56,271 nt of DNA, taken from the NCBI GenBank assembly GCA_964650115.1, contig CAZYTN010000001.1:3236-59506 (forward strand), in the 5' to 3' direction. Made by a program: the position numbers and the translations under genes. This DNA comes from an uncultured Sulfuritalea sp. Its GTDB lineage: Bacteria > Pseudomonadota > Gammaproteobacteria > Burkholderiales > Rhodocyclaceae. Within the stretch, counting starts at the first letter, position 1, and each line of letters starts with the position of its first letter. The notes under the pieces were generated by a model. That model did no database searches and was not told the origin of the DNA. It saw only the letters and a list, made by a program, of their open reading frames with translations. This document shows, piece by piece, positions 9,231-17,881 of this stretch.

Positions 9231-11924
9231 TCAGACGATGTTGCGCGGCTTCAGGCTCATGGCATTGAAGCTGTGCTTGTAGGGCGATTCGCCCATCTTG
9301 GTCAGCACGCCGCGGCCGAGCTTGTAGCGGTAGTTGTTGGTGACCGGGTCGGGCACCGCGGAAACCACCGAGTTGGCCGGCGCGCCGGGGAAGTTGAAGT
9401 TGGCCATGGCCACGCCTTCCCGCATCTCGTCGGAGACGATGGCCACTGCGACAAACTGGCCTTCGGTGGTCTTGATGTGGCCGTCCTTCATCAGGTTGTT
9501 GAAGTTGAGATCCGCATCGAGCACGCCCTGCGGCTGGCCGGTCTGCACATACACCGCGTCGTTATGCACCTGGACGAAGTCGCCCGACTCGATGCCCTTC
9601 TTCTTCGCGTCGTTGGGATGCACGATGAGGAAGGGATAGGGCCAGCGCTGTGCCAGGTAGGGCTTGCGCAGGTCATCGAAACCTGACTGCCAGGTCTCGT
9701 TGATGCGGCCGTTGGTGACCCAGATCTCGCCCTTCTCGGCGCGCGGCTTGACGGCATCGTAGAACTGGATCCAGCCGGCGAACTTCCACGGACTCTTGAG
9801 CAAAATGGCCTTGCCGGAGTGGGTGTTGAAGGCGTAGAGCCACTTGCGCTTGACTTCCGGCCCCTCGATCTCCTCCCAGTCGTTGGCGGGATCGTGCAGG
9901 CGCGCGGTGCCGATCAGCTTGCCGTCCTTCATGCGGATCGGCGTCTGGATGCCCTCGGTGCCATAGGTGCGCAACAATTCCTGGGCGGGCTGGTTCATTC
10001 CCTTGGCCTTCATCACCAGCGGATGATAGTTGAGCACACCGTTGCGGCCGAAGCGTGCCGCTTCCTCGAAGACATCGTTGGAATTCTTCCAGTTGTAGCT
10101 GCCGTCCGCATCGAATCCCATCTTCTTGGCGAATTTCTGCACCGCCCACCAGTCCGGCTTGGCATCGCCCGGTGCATCGTAGAACTTGGAGTAGAGGCGC
10201 AGGCGCCGCTCGGAGTTGCAGCGCGTGAAATTGTCCTCGCCCCAGGTCGCCGCCGGCAGCACGATGTCGGCGAACTCGGTACCCACCGGCACGCAGGGAT
10301 AGATGTCGGAATCCACCATCACCATGCCGCCGGAATCGACGCGCTTTTTCAGCACCTCGAAGATCGCGGCGCGGTCCAGGTTGGCGATCTGGTGCGGGTT
10401 GCCCCGCGTCAGCGAGTTCAGCTTGTCGCCCAGCGCCTGGGAGGCCATCATGGCCGCCACCCAGGTGGTGCCGAAGACCCAGGTGAACTTCACCTGGTCG
10501 TTCATCACCCACTGGTCGAGGTTGAAGCTCTTCTTGCGCCGGCCCGGGTACTTCTCGGGGTTGAGCCAGCCGGAGCCGCCGCCCGCGCCCATCATGCCGC
10601 GCTGGTGACCGCCGCCACGCGAGATCATGCGACCCGGCCGGTTGCCGGCGCCGCAGATCAGGCCGAGGCTGGCCAGCGAGGTGGTGTTCATGTAGTTGTT
10701 GGACCAGTAGTTGCCCTTCTCCAGCATGAAGGAGGTCTTCGGCCGCTTGCCGTTCACGGGTTTGGCGATCCACTCCGCGGCCTTCCTGATGTCCTCGGCC
10801 TTGAGGCCGGTGAGCTTGGCCGCCACGTCGAGCTTGGATTCCTCCTGCGACAGGATGAATTTCTTGTAGTCCTCCCAGTCGCTTTGCCAGGTGCCCCAGG
10901 TGGTGCGCCACTGCCAGCCGGTGTTGCGCGTGCCGCGGCCGTAGCCGGAATCCACTTCCCAGGAGTTGGCGATCCACTTGTCGATGAATTCCTGGTCCTG
11001 CCAGTTGTTCTCGATGACGATGCGCGCCAGCGCCATGTGCAGCACGGTATCGGTGCCGGGGATGATGCCCAGCCAGATGCCGCGCCCTTCCTTCTCGGCC
11101 CAGGCCGGGCCCATGGTCTTGTGCGGGGTGACGAAAATGAACTTCTTGTCGCCCGGCATCATCCAGGAGGTGAACAGCGTGGTCTTGGTTTCATAGGGAT
11201 CGACGCCGGAGAGGAAGGCCACTTCGGCATCCGCCCAGTCCTGGTAGCTGGCGGCGAAGGAGTCGATGCCGACGTCGTCGAGGCCGGTCGCGTCGTTGGT
11301 GTTGGAGCATTTGTCGTGGGGCGCGATGGAGGGCGTGCCGATCGAGGTCATGCCCAGCTTGGTGATGGCGTAGGTGTTCTCGAAGTACTGGTAGGAGTAC
11401 ATCTTCATCGCCCAAGCATGCTCGCCGTACTTGGCGATGATGTACTTGGAGATGTCGGCCATCACCTCGGTGGCCAGATCCCACGAGACCGGCATCAGCG
11501 TGCCGCGCACCCGGATCATCGGGTAGAGCAGGCGCTCCGAGGTGCGGTTCTCCGGGTTGTAGCACTTTTGCGCCAGGGTGCCGCCGCGGATGGAATGGTT
11601 GCCGCCGACGTTGACCACCTTGGCGTCCTTGTCCGGTATCACGACGACATGGTGCGGCTTGCCCTTGTGGCGCACGATGTTGTGCTGCGAGGGGCTGACC
11701 CAGGAGGCGCTGTTCAGCATCTGGTTGGGGAAGGCGACCTTGAGGGCATTCTGCCCGGCCTGTGCGCCGCCTTCCTTGCCCACCGGCCAGCGGTAGACCT
11801 TGTAGCCGCAGGCGACGGTGCAGTAGTCGCAGGCCGTGGTCAATACTTCCGCGTCCTTGGGTGGCAGCGGCACGTGGTCCTTGGCGAAGACGCCGAAGGC
11901 ACTGGATTTGTCTTTTTCACTCAT
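9231..11924 (-). CDS. idrA: Dissimilatory iodate reductase catalytic subunit (AioA-related DMSO-reductase-family molybdoenzyme)
   Basis: N-terminal CDYCTVAC [3Fe-4S]-type motif, HSIRGG, EKGNYW, RGGGHQRG and DIVLPAA, with no signal peptide of its own. It lies in a cluster with a Rieske subunit and two cytochrome c peroxidases, the synteny described for idrABP1P2. Confidence 0.88.
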   Translation of the reverse strand: MSEKDKSSAFGVFAKDHVPLPPKDAEVLTTACDYCTVACGYKVYRWPVGKEGGAQAGQNALKVAFPNQMLNSASWVSPSQHNIVRHKGKPHHVVVIPDKDAKVVNVGGNHSIRGGTLAQKCYNPENRTSERLLYPMIRVRGTLMPVSWDLATEVMADISKYIIAKYGEHAWAMKMYSYQYFENTYAITKLGMTSIGTPSIAPHDKCSNTNDATGLDDVGIDSFAASYQDWADAEVAFLSGVDPYETKTTLFTSWMMPGDKKFIFVTPHKTMGPAWAEKEGRGIWLGIIPGTDTVLHMALARIVIENNWQDQEFIDKWIANSWEVDSGYGRGTRNTGWQWRTTWGTWQSDWEDYKKFILSQEESKLDVAAKLTGLKAEDIRKAAEWIAKPVNGKRPKTSFMLEKGNYWSNNYMNTTSLASLGLICGAGNRPGRMISRGGGHQRGMMGAGGGSGWLNPEKYPGRRKKSFNLDQWVMNDQVKFTWVFGTTWVAAMMASQALGDKLNSLTRGNPHQIANLDRAAIFEVLKKRVDSGGMVMVDSDIYPCVPVGTEFADIVLPAATWGEDNFTRCNSERRLRLYSKFYDAPGDAKPDWWAVQKFAKKMGFDADGSYNWKNSNDVFEEAARFGRNGVLNYHPLVMKAKGMNQPAQELLRTYGTEGIQTPIRMKDGKLIGTARLHDPANDWEEIEGPEVKRKWLYAFNTHSGKAILLKSPWKFAGWIQFYDAVKPRAEKGEIWVTNGRINETWQSGFDDLRKPYLAQRWPYPFLIVHPNDAKKKGIESGDFVQVHNDAVYVQTGQPQGVLDADLNFNNLMKDGHIKTTEGQFVAVAIVSDEMREGVAMANFNFPGAPANSVVSAVPDPVTNNYRYKLGRGVLTKMGESPYKHSFNAMSLKPRNIV

Positions 11925-11934
11925 GGTGTTCTCC

Positions 11935-12507
11935 TTATGCGCGGCGGCCGCCGGTGACGTTGGCCGAGTAGCCCCAGATCAGCCCCAGCACGCCGACGGC
12001 ATAGATGTCGTCGCCCTGGGTTTCCAGCACGATTTGCGGCAGGCTCTCGGTGCCATGGCCGGAAACCACCATGCCGTGGCGGGTCAGGTCGAAGGTGGTG
12101 AGGTGCAGCGGGCAGGGCCCGAGCACCTGGTGCTGCGCCTTGTAAGTGCCGTCGAGCGGACCACCCATGTGGGTGCATTGCTGGTTGAAGGCGACCACGT
12201 CGGCGTCCTTGCCGACGCCGGCGCCGGCAGGCTGACCCAGCTTGACCAGGATGTTGCGCACGTCCTTGTAGGGATAGGCGAAGTTCAGCGGCACGCCTTC
12301 CTTCAGCGCGGAAAGCTTGCCGATCTTGACCTTGGGATAATCGGCCTTCAGGGCCTGGGCGGCGAAGGCCATGCCGCCCGGAAGCGCGGCCAGCGTCACC
12401 ACGGCGCCACCGGCGAGCAGGAACTGGCGGCGACTCATGCAGGCGCGCGCGCCGTCGTCATGCTCGTGACCGGCATCCTGAATCTGTATGTTGTGCGTTG
12501 TCATCAT
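11935..12507 (-). CDS. idrB: Rieske [2Fe-2S] small subunit with Tat signal (AioB-like)
   Basis: SRRQFLL twin-arginine motif, and CTHMGG / CPLH Rieske ligands. Confidence 0.88.
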   Translation of the reverse strand: MMTTHNIQIQDAGHEHDDGARACMSRRQFLLAGGAVVTLAALPGGMAFAAQALKADYPKVKIGKLSALKEGVPLNFAYPYKDVRNILVKLGQPAGAGVGKDADVVAFNQQCTHMGGPLDGTYKAQHQVLGPCPLHLTTFDLTRHGMVVSGHGTESLPQIVLETQGDDIYAVGVLGLIWGYSANVTGGRRA

Positions 12508-12513
12508 GGTCTC

Positions 12514-13647
12514 CTATTTCTTGGCAGCCGTCATCGCCTGGTAGGGCGGCAGCTTGGGCGGGTCCATCAGCAGCGGCTTGTCCATCGACAGCGCTTCGAG
12601 AAAGGCCACCAGGTCCTTCTTCTCCTGGTCGGAGAGTCCCAGCGGCTTGATCAGCGGACTCTTGTTCGGTCCGGTCGTGCCGCCCCCCTTGTTGTAGAAC
12701 TCCACCACTTCATCCAGGGTGTAGAAAACGCCGTTGTGCATGAAGGGCGCCGTGTATTTGAGTTCGCGCAGCGAAGGCGTCCTGAACTTGCCGATGTCCT
12801 TGGGATTCTTGGTCACGTAGTAGTAGCCATGGTCCAGGTCGGCGCCGCGATAGCCTTTTTCCGAAATGCCCTTCTGGTAGTGCTCCCAGCGATGGGTGAT
12901 CTGGTACAGCGGCTCGGTCTTGAACACCTCGTTTTCCGCGAGGCCGAGGGCATAAAATTTCTGGTCCGAGGCGAGCGGCCCGTTGTGGCACTGGATGCAA
13001 CCGCCCTTGCCGTGATAGACGGCCATGCCGCGTTGGGCGCTTTCGGACAGCGCCTTCTTGTCGCCGGCCATGAAGCGGTCGAAAGGCACCTGTTTGGCAT
13101 CGGAGACGAGCGTGCGCTCGAAGGCGGCGATCGCGTTGTAGGCCTGCGTCATGCGCGGCCACTCGGAACCGAAGACCTTCTTGAAGCGCGCCACGTATTC
13201 GGGAATGAAGCGCAGGCGCATTTCCATCAGCGAGCGGTCGCCGTTGCCGGCGACGTTGCCTTCGGCGGCGGCCGGTGCTTGGGCCTCCAGGCTGGTGACG
13301 TTGCCTTCCCAGAACAGCTTGTTGTAATAGGCCGAGTTGAGCACCGTCTGCGAATTGCGCCAGTGCTGGGTGCCGGGATAGCCGCGCGAGATTTCGCCGG
13401 CGTCGCCCCAGCCCTTGGAAGGCTCATGGCAGACCACGCAGGGCGAGGACGCGTCGCCGCCCAGGCGGCTGTCCCAGAACAGCATCTTGCCGAGTTCGAT
13501 CTTCGCCGGCGTCATCGGATTGTCGGCGGGAATCGGCGGCGGCGGCAGCGGGCCCAGCGGCGGGAAGGTGCCGGCGGCGTCCGCCAGCGTCATGGAGCCG
13601 ATCGCGCCGATGGCAACGAGGGCGGCAACAACAGGTTTGAGTTTCAT
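12514..13647 (-). CDS. idrP1: Di-heme cytochrome c peroxidase/MauG family protein (P1/P2 numbering inferred from gene order)
   Basis: Sec signal peptide, CVVCH and CIQCH heme motifs, and FRTPSLRE..TAPFMHNG. Confidence 0.82.
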   Translation of the reverse strand: MKLKPVVAALVAIGAIGSMTLADAAGTFPPLGPLPPPPIPADNPMTPAKIELGKMLFWDSRLGGDASSPCVVCHEPSKGWGDAGEISRGYPGTQHWRNSQTVLNSAYYNKLFWEGNVTSLEAQAPAAAEGNVAGNGDRSLMEMRLRFIPEYVARFKKVFGSEWPRMTQAYNAIAAFERTLVSDAKQVPFDRFMAGDKKALSESAQRGMAVYHGKGGCIQCHNGPLASDQKFYALGLAENEVFKTEPLYQITHRWEHYQKGISEKGYRGADLDHGYYYVTKNPKDIGKFRTPSLRELKYTAPFMHNGVFYTLDEVVEFYNKGGGTTGPNKSPLIKPLGLSDQEKKDLVAFLEALSMDKPLLMDPPKLPPYQAMTAAKK

Positions 13648-13658
13648 CGCATGTCCCC

Positions 13659-14744
13659 TTAGTTCTTGCCAAAGGCCCAGACCTTGTAGGCCGGCATCTT
13701 GGGCGGTTCGACGATCACGGGATCTCCCGACAGGCTTTCGAGAAAGGCCACCAGCGCCTTCTTCTCGGCCGCAGCAAGATTCAGCGGCTTCAGCTCCGAA
13801 CCGGCGCCGCCGCCGCGGTCATAGAAATCTACGACCTGGTCGAGCGTGGCGAGCGTGCCGTTGTGCATGTAGGGCGCCGTGTACTTGAGATCGCGCAGCG
13901 AGGGCGTGTTGAACTTGCCGATGTCGCGTTTGTCCTTGGTGATCGCAAAGGAGCCGACGTCGGTGCGCGCATTCATGTAATTCGGCATGCCGTTGGTCGA
14001 GTAGTGGCGCAGCATGGTGATGGCGCGCAGCGGATCGGCCTGGACGCCGGGATTCTCGGCCACGCCGGTGTTGTGCAACTTGCCGTCGGAACCCACCGGA
14101 CCGTTGTGGCATGCCACGCAGCCGGCCTTGCCCTTGAACAGCGCATAGCCGTCCTTCTGCTCGGCGGAGAGCGCGGATTCGTCGCCCTTCTTGAATTTGT
14201 CGAAGGGCACGTTCTTCGACACGACGCTCTTGATGAACTCGCCGACGACATTGAAGACACGCATGCCGTTGATGTCGTCCTTGCGGAATTTCTTCCACAT
14301 CTCGTTGTATTCGGGCACCTGCTTCAGGCGCTCCTGCAGCAGGCGACCGTCGGTATTCATGAACACCGCCTCGGTGATCTGGTCGCGCACCAGGGTGCCT
14401 GCATCCGAGCCGTCGAGGCGGCCGTCCCAGTGGAAACGCTGCTTGAAGGTGGCATTGAGGATGGTCGGCGTGTTGCGGAAGTTTTCCGAGGCGGGGTAGC
14501 CCTTGCCCAGTGGCTGGCCATCGGTCCAGCCCTTCTTCGGGTCATGACAGGTGGCGCAGGAGATCGCCGCGTCGCCCGACAGACGCACATCGAAAAACAG
14601 GTATTTGCCCATGTCGGCCATGGTCTGGTTGAACTTCGGATCGGGCAGCGGCTGCAGGTCGGGCGCCTGGGCCAGTACCGCGCCCGTGGCCAGACCCGCT
14701 GCGGCCAACGCGCCGACAAGTCGTGAAAGCTTGCGAGGTTTCAT
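13659..14744 (-). CDS. idrP2: Di-heme cytochrome c peroxidase/MauG family protein (P1/P2 numbering inferred from gene order)
   Basis: Signal peptide, CATCH and CVACH heme motifs, and FNTPSLRD..TAPYMHNG. Confidence 0.82.
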   Translation of the reverse strand: MKPRKLSRLVGALAAAGLATGAVLAQAPDLQPLPDPKFNQTMADMGKYLFFDVRLSGDAAISCATCHDPKKGWTDGQPLGKGYPASENFRNTPTILNATFKQRFHWDGRLDGSDAGTLVRDQITEAVFMNTDGRLLQERLKQVPEYNEMWKKFRKDDINGMRVFNVVGEFIKSVVSKNVPFDKFKKGDESALSAEQKDGYALFKGKAGCVACHNGPVGSDGKLHNTGVAENPGVQADPLRAITMLRHYSTNGMPNYMNARTDVGSFAITKDKRDIGKFNTPSLRDLKYTAPYMHNGTLATLDQVVDFYDRGGGAGSELKPLNLAAAEKKALVAFLESLSGDPVIVEPPKMPAYKVWAFGKN

Positions 14745-14762
14745 GGAATTCCTCCCTGGTGA

Positions 14763-15485
14763 TTACTTCGTGAATTCGAATGCCGCATTGGCCGAGCCGC
14801 CGGCGGAGACCGTCACCTTGGCGCTCTTTTCGCCCAGCACCGGATGCCAGGCCTTGATTTCGTACTCGCCGGCGGGCAGGTTGTCGAGGATGAAGGTGCC
14901 ATCCTCCTTGGTCGAAACGGCATAGGGGTTGTCGGCGGCGAAGGCCCAGGCGTGCATGAAGTCGTGCGCGTCGCACTCGACCTTGATGGCATTGGCGCGA
15001 CGCACCTTGATCGGCTGCTTGAGGTCGCCCTTGTCCGGCTGGCCGACGTTGAACATGGTGCGGCGCACGGCGCCGATGATTTCGTAGGTATGGATGTTGT
15101 GCAGCACCGGGTCGGAGTTGCGCACGGTCAGGTCGGCATCCTTTTTCACCACCAGGGTGTCGGGGGCGAAGCGGCAGCCCTTCTGGTCCAGCACGACCTT
15201 GTCGAGGCTGCCCCACTCCTTGCCCTTGTCGATCTTCGCCACGTACACCACGGCGCCGGCCAGGCTGCCGCCCTTGGCATTGACTTCGACGATCTCGCGC
15301 TCGCCCGTACCGCAGACGGTATTGTCCTTGGTGATGGGCAGCTTCTTCGCGACCGGCGCGCCCTTGAAGGCGACCTTGCCGGTAACCTTGCCGCCGCCGG
15401 AAACCGCGCTGGCCTCGTAGGCCATGGCATTTGTGACGAACATCGCGCCGACGGCAATAGCGCAACCGGTCAAGACTCTTTTCAT
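14763..15485 (-). CDS. Periplasmic protein with cupredoxin-like core and carboxypeptidase-regulatory-like beta domain; first gene of the idr operon
   Basis: Signal peptide (..TNAMA), LDQKGCRFAP, NSDPVLHNIH, CDAHDFM and DGTFILDNLPAGEYEIKAWH. Strong AAGGAG RBS and an 18-bp gap to the peroxidase gene. Confidence 0.85.
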   Translation of the reverse strand: MKRVLTGCAIAVGAMFVTNAMAYEASAVSGGGKVTGKVAFKGAPVAKKLPITKDNTVCGTGEREIVEVNAKGGSLAGAVVYVAKIDKGKEWGSLDKVVLDQKGCRFAPDTLVVKKDADLTVRNSDPVLHNIHTYEIIGAVRRTMFNVGQPDKGDLKQPIKVRRANAIKVECDAHDFMHAWAFAADNPYAVSTKEDGTFILDNLPAGEYEIKAWHPVLGEKSAKVTVSAGGSANAAFEFTK

Positions 15486-15538
15486 TGTGTTTCTCCTTGA
15501 AAATTCCGGGGACAGAGCAAATGGCTGCAGTGCCTAAC

Positions 15539-15553
15539 GCAACAGCCGTGCCA
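15539..15553 (-). promoter_or_regulatory. Sigma54 (-24/-12) promoter for the idr operon
   Basis: Minus strand TGGCACGGCTGTTGC matches TGGCACG-N4-TTGC, 53 nt upstream of the first ATG. Confidence 0.7.
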
Positions 15554-15734
15554 CGAATATTTCCCTCGTCGCTACAGGGACTTCGCGCCACTGCTCGGAC
15601 GCGCTGACGTTGGTGCGCGGTCAGTTTTCTGCCAGCGTGAACAGAAAGCGACCAGCCGATTCCGACGCAGGTAGCCGCGATGCGGGCGAATACACCATCT
15701 CGCCCGAAGGCACGGCTCTTGCCTCAGGAGTCCC

Positions 15735-17174
15735 ATGCGGGCGCGACACCATTCATCGAATTCTTTGATAGCCGTTCTCGGCGGGGGCATTTCCGGCCTG
15801 ACTGCCGCCCATGCGCTGATGCGCCAGGGCCAAGAAGTCGTAGTCCTCGATCGCGGCGCGATGCCCGGCGGACGCATCCGCACGGAACAGCGCGGCGGCT
15901 TCCTGGTCGAACACGGCCCCAACAGCATGATCTCGCCGGCGCCCGGCGCGGAAGACCTGATTGCGTCACTGGGCCTCGCCGGCGAGCGTATCGACAAGGG
16001 CAGCGGCGTGCGCCACCGCTACCTGGTGCGCGATGGCCGCGCCCATGCGCTGGCGCTCGATCCACTGGGCTTTTTCTCGTCCGGATTCTTCAGCCTGCGC
16101 GGACGCCTGCGCATGCTGGCCGAACCCTTCGTAAGACGCGGCCCGCAGGACGAAGCCGTTGCCGACTTCGTCCGCCGACGCTTCGGCCGGGAGCTGCTCG
16201 ACTATGTCTTCGATCCGCTGGTCGGCGGCATCTACGCCGGCAATCCCGAGAATCTCAGCATGACGGCACTGCTGCCGCGCCTCAAGCAACTGGAGCAGCG
16301 TTACGGTTCGGTAGTGGTCGGTGTGGCGGCAAAGGCGCTGGCCGGCATGGATCCGCGCTTCGATCCGCGCCGCCGCAACCTGTTTTCATTTCGCCAGGGC
16401 ATGGCGAGCCTGCCGCGACGCCTGGCCAACGCGCTCGGGCCGCGCCTCTGGTGCGGAGTCCGTGTCGAGGGCCTGCATGCCTTGGCCGGTGGCGGCTTCC
16501 AGCTTTTCCTTCGTGACGGCGACAGCGATGCGTCCCTGCGTGTCGATGGTGTCGTCGTCGCACTCCCCGCCTATGCCGCCGCCAGGGTGCTGGCGCCGCT
16601 GGCGCCGTTGGTCGCCGACGGTCTCGCCGCCATCGAGCATCCACCGCTGGCCGTGGTGGCGCTCGGCTATCGCCGTGCGCAGATTGCCCATCCGCTCGAC
16701 GGCCTCGGCGTACTGACGCCGACCGTCGAGCGCAGAACGGCCCTCGGCTTCCTGTTTTCCTCGACGCTGTTCGCGCAGCGCGCTCCCGACGATCACGCGC
16801 TGCTGACGGCCTATGTCGGCGGTGCGCGCCAGCCCGAACTGGCGCAACAGCCGCGCGACGAGCTGGTCGCCATGGTCAGGACGGAAGCCGCCGACCTGCT
16901 CGGCGCTCGCGGCGACCCGGTATTCGACAGTGTGCGCCACTGGCGCCAGAGCCTGCCGCAACCCGATCTCGGCCATGCACGTCGGATTGCCGCGCTGCGG
17001 ACGCTCGAAGACGAATATCCCGGCCTGGTCGTCACCGGCAACTATGTCGCCGGCGTCTCCACGGCTGCCTGCATCGATTCGGCGATCACAGCGGCCGGGC
17101 GCCTCGTGCAAAAGTCGGTGCTGGCGGGACGGCGTGGCGCTCCAGCGTCTGGATGCATCGCTGCATCGGCATAG
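15735..17174 (+). CDS. hemY: Protoporphyrinogen/coproporphyrinogen oxidase (HemY-type flavoprotein)
   Basis: GGGISGL Rossmann motif, GGRIRT..VEHGPNS, GIYAGNPENLSM and LGFLFSSTLF. AGGAG RBS. Confidence 0.88.
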   Translation: MRARHHSSNSLIAVLGGGISGLTAAHALMRQGQEVVVLDRGAMPGGRIRTEQRGGFLVEHGPNSMISPAPGAEDLIASLGLAGERIDKGSGVRHRYLVRDGRAHALALDPLGFFSSGFFSLRGRLRMLAEPFVRRGPQDEAVADFVRRRFGRELLDYVFDPLVGGIYAGNPENLSMTALLPRLKQLEQRYGSVVVGVAAKALAGMDPRFDPRRRNLFSFRQGMASLPRRLANALGPRLWCGVRVEGLHALAGGGFQLFLRDGDSDASLRVDGVVVALPAYAAARVLAPLAPLVADGLAAIEHPPLAVVALGYRRAQIAHPLDGLGVLTPTVERRTALGFLFSSTLFAQRAPDDHALLTAYVGGARQPELAQQPRDELVAMVRTEAADLLGARGDPVFDSVRHWRQSLPQPDLGHARRIAALRTLEDEYPGLVVTGNYVAGVSTAACIDSAITAAGRLVQKSVLAGRRGAPASGCIAASA

Positions 17175-17235
17175 GGCAGACAACAGGAGTCGATGGATCA
17201 CTCCGCGCCGACTCTGGCTGCCCTAGCAAATCGGC

Positions 17236-17700
17236 TTACCGCCCGGGCAGCATCATCTCGACTGTCTTGCCGCCGTAGCCGAATTCCTGGTCGCGCGCCT
17301 GGACCACGACCTTGCGCACGTCGCGTGGAATATTGACCCCATAAAGATCGCGTGTGAAGGGCTGTTCGGTGGCGTGATCATGAAGCAGCCGGCGCTCGCC
17401 ATAAACAATCCCCTCCATGCCGGTTATCCGAAAGGCGTCCGCATAGCGTTGCGGCGTGTCGTAGGGCGACGATACCGTGACATCGAAGTCAAACGTATCG
17501 GCATCCCGCGCCTGAACCTTTGCGGAAATCACATCGGGGTACTTTTGCGATGAGACGTCTGCGGCTCGTACCGGACCTGCCAGCAGGCCCAATGCAATCA
17601 GAAGATTGGCGACGACAAGCTTGTGTGGCCACGTGGCGCCGACCGCATCGCTTCGTTCCGAAAGGCCGCGATCCGTTTCCTTAATCATGACGGTCGTCAT
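17236..17700 (-). CDS. Conserved exported hypothetical protein
   Basis: Hydrophobic signal-like stretch ending VRA, then FDVTVSSPYDT..YADAFR..LLHDHATEQPFTR. Start uncertain. Confidence 0.65.
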   Translation of the reverse strand: MTTVMIKETDRGLSERSDAVGATWPHKLVVANLLIALGLLAGPVRAADVSSQKYPDVISAKVQARDADTFDFDVTVSSPYDTPQRYADAFRITGMEGIVYGERRLLHDHATEQPFTRDLYGVNIPRDVRKVVVQARDQEFGYGGKTVEMMLPGR

Positions 17701-17881
17701 TTTGCCCCGCCTTGTGGATGTAACGTTTGCACGCGACACGCAGAAAATCCAGCTGCTTGCTGAAGTTGCTGCAGCCGCTGCACATGGCGAGATGCATTTT
17801 CAACTGCAGTTTCTCCGCCATGCTCATACCCCGGTCCTGGGCCTCGGACAGTCGTTGGGTGGTTTTCTTGCAACTCAGCAT
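17681..17881 (-). CDS. zf-HC2 zinc-binding anti-sigma factor (soluble, 66 aa)
   Basis: MLSC..LS..HLAMCSGC (HxxxCxxC). Overlaps the 3' end of the ECF sigma gene. Confidence 0.85.
   Translation of the reverse strand: MLSCKKTTQRLSEAQDRGMSMAEKLQLKMHLAMCSGCSNFSKQLDFLRVACKRYIHKAGQNDDRHD

Noticed and set aside
9231-12507. Arsenite oxidase aioBA
   Set aside because: The two co-transcribed di-heme peroxidases, the altered active-site loop and the absence of aioXSR or ars genes fit Idr better.
9819-13662. Long plus-strand ORFs 9819-11957 and 11836-13662
   Set aside because: Antisense shadows of high-GC genes, with no motifs and biased composition.
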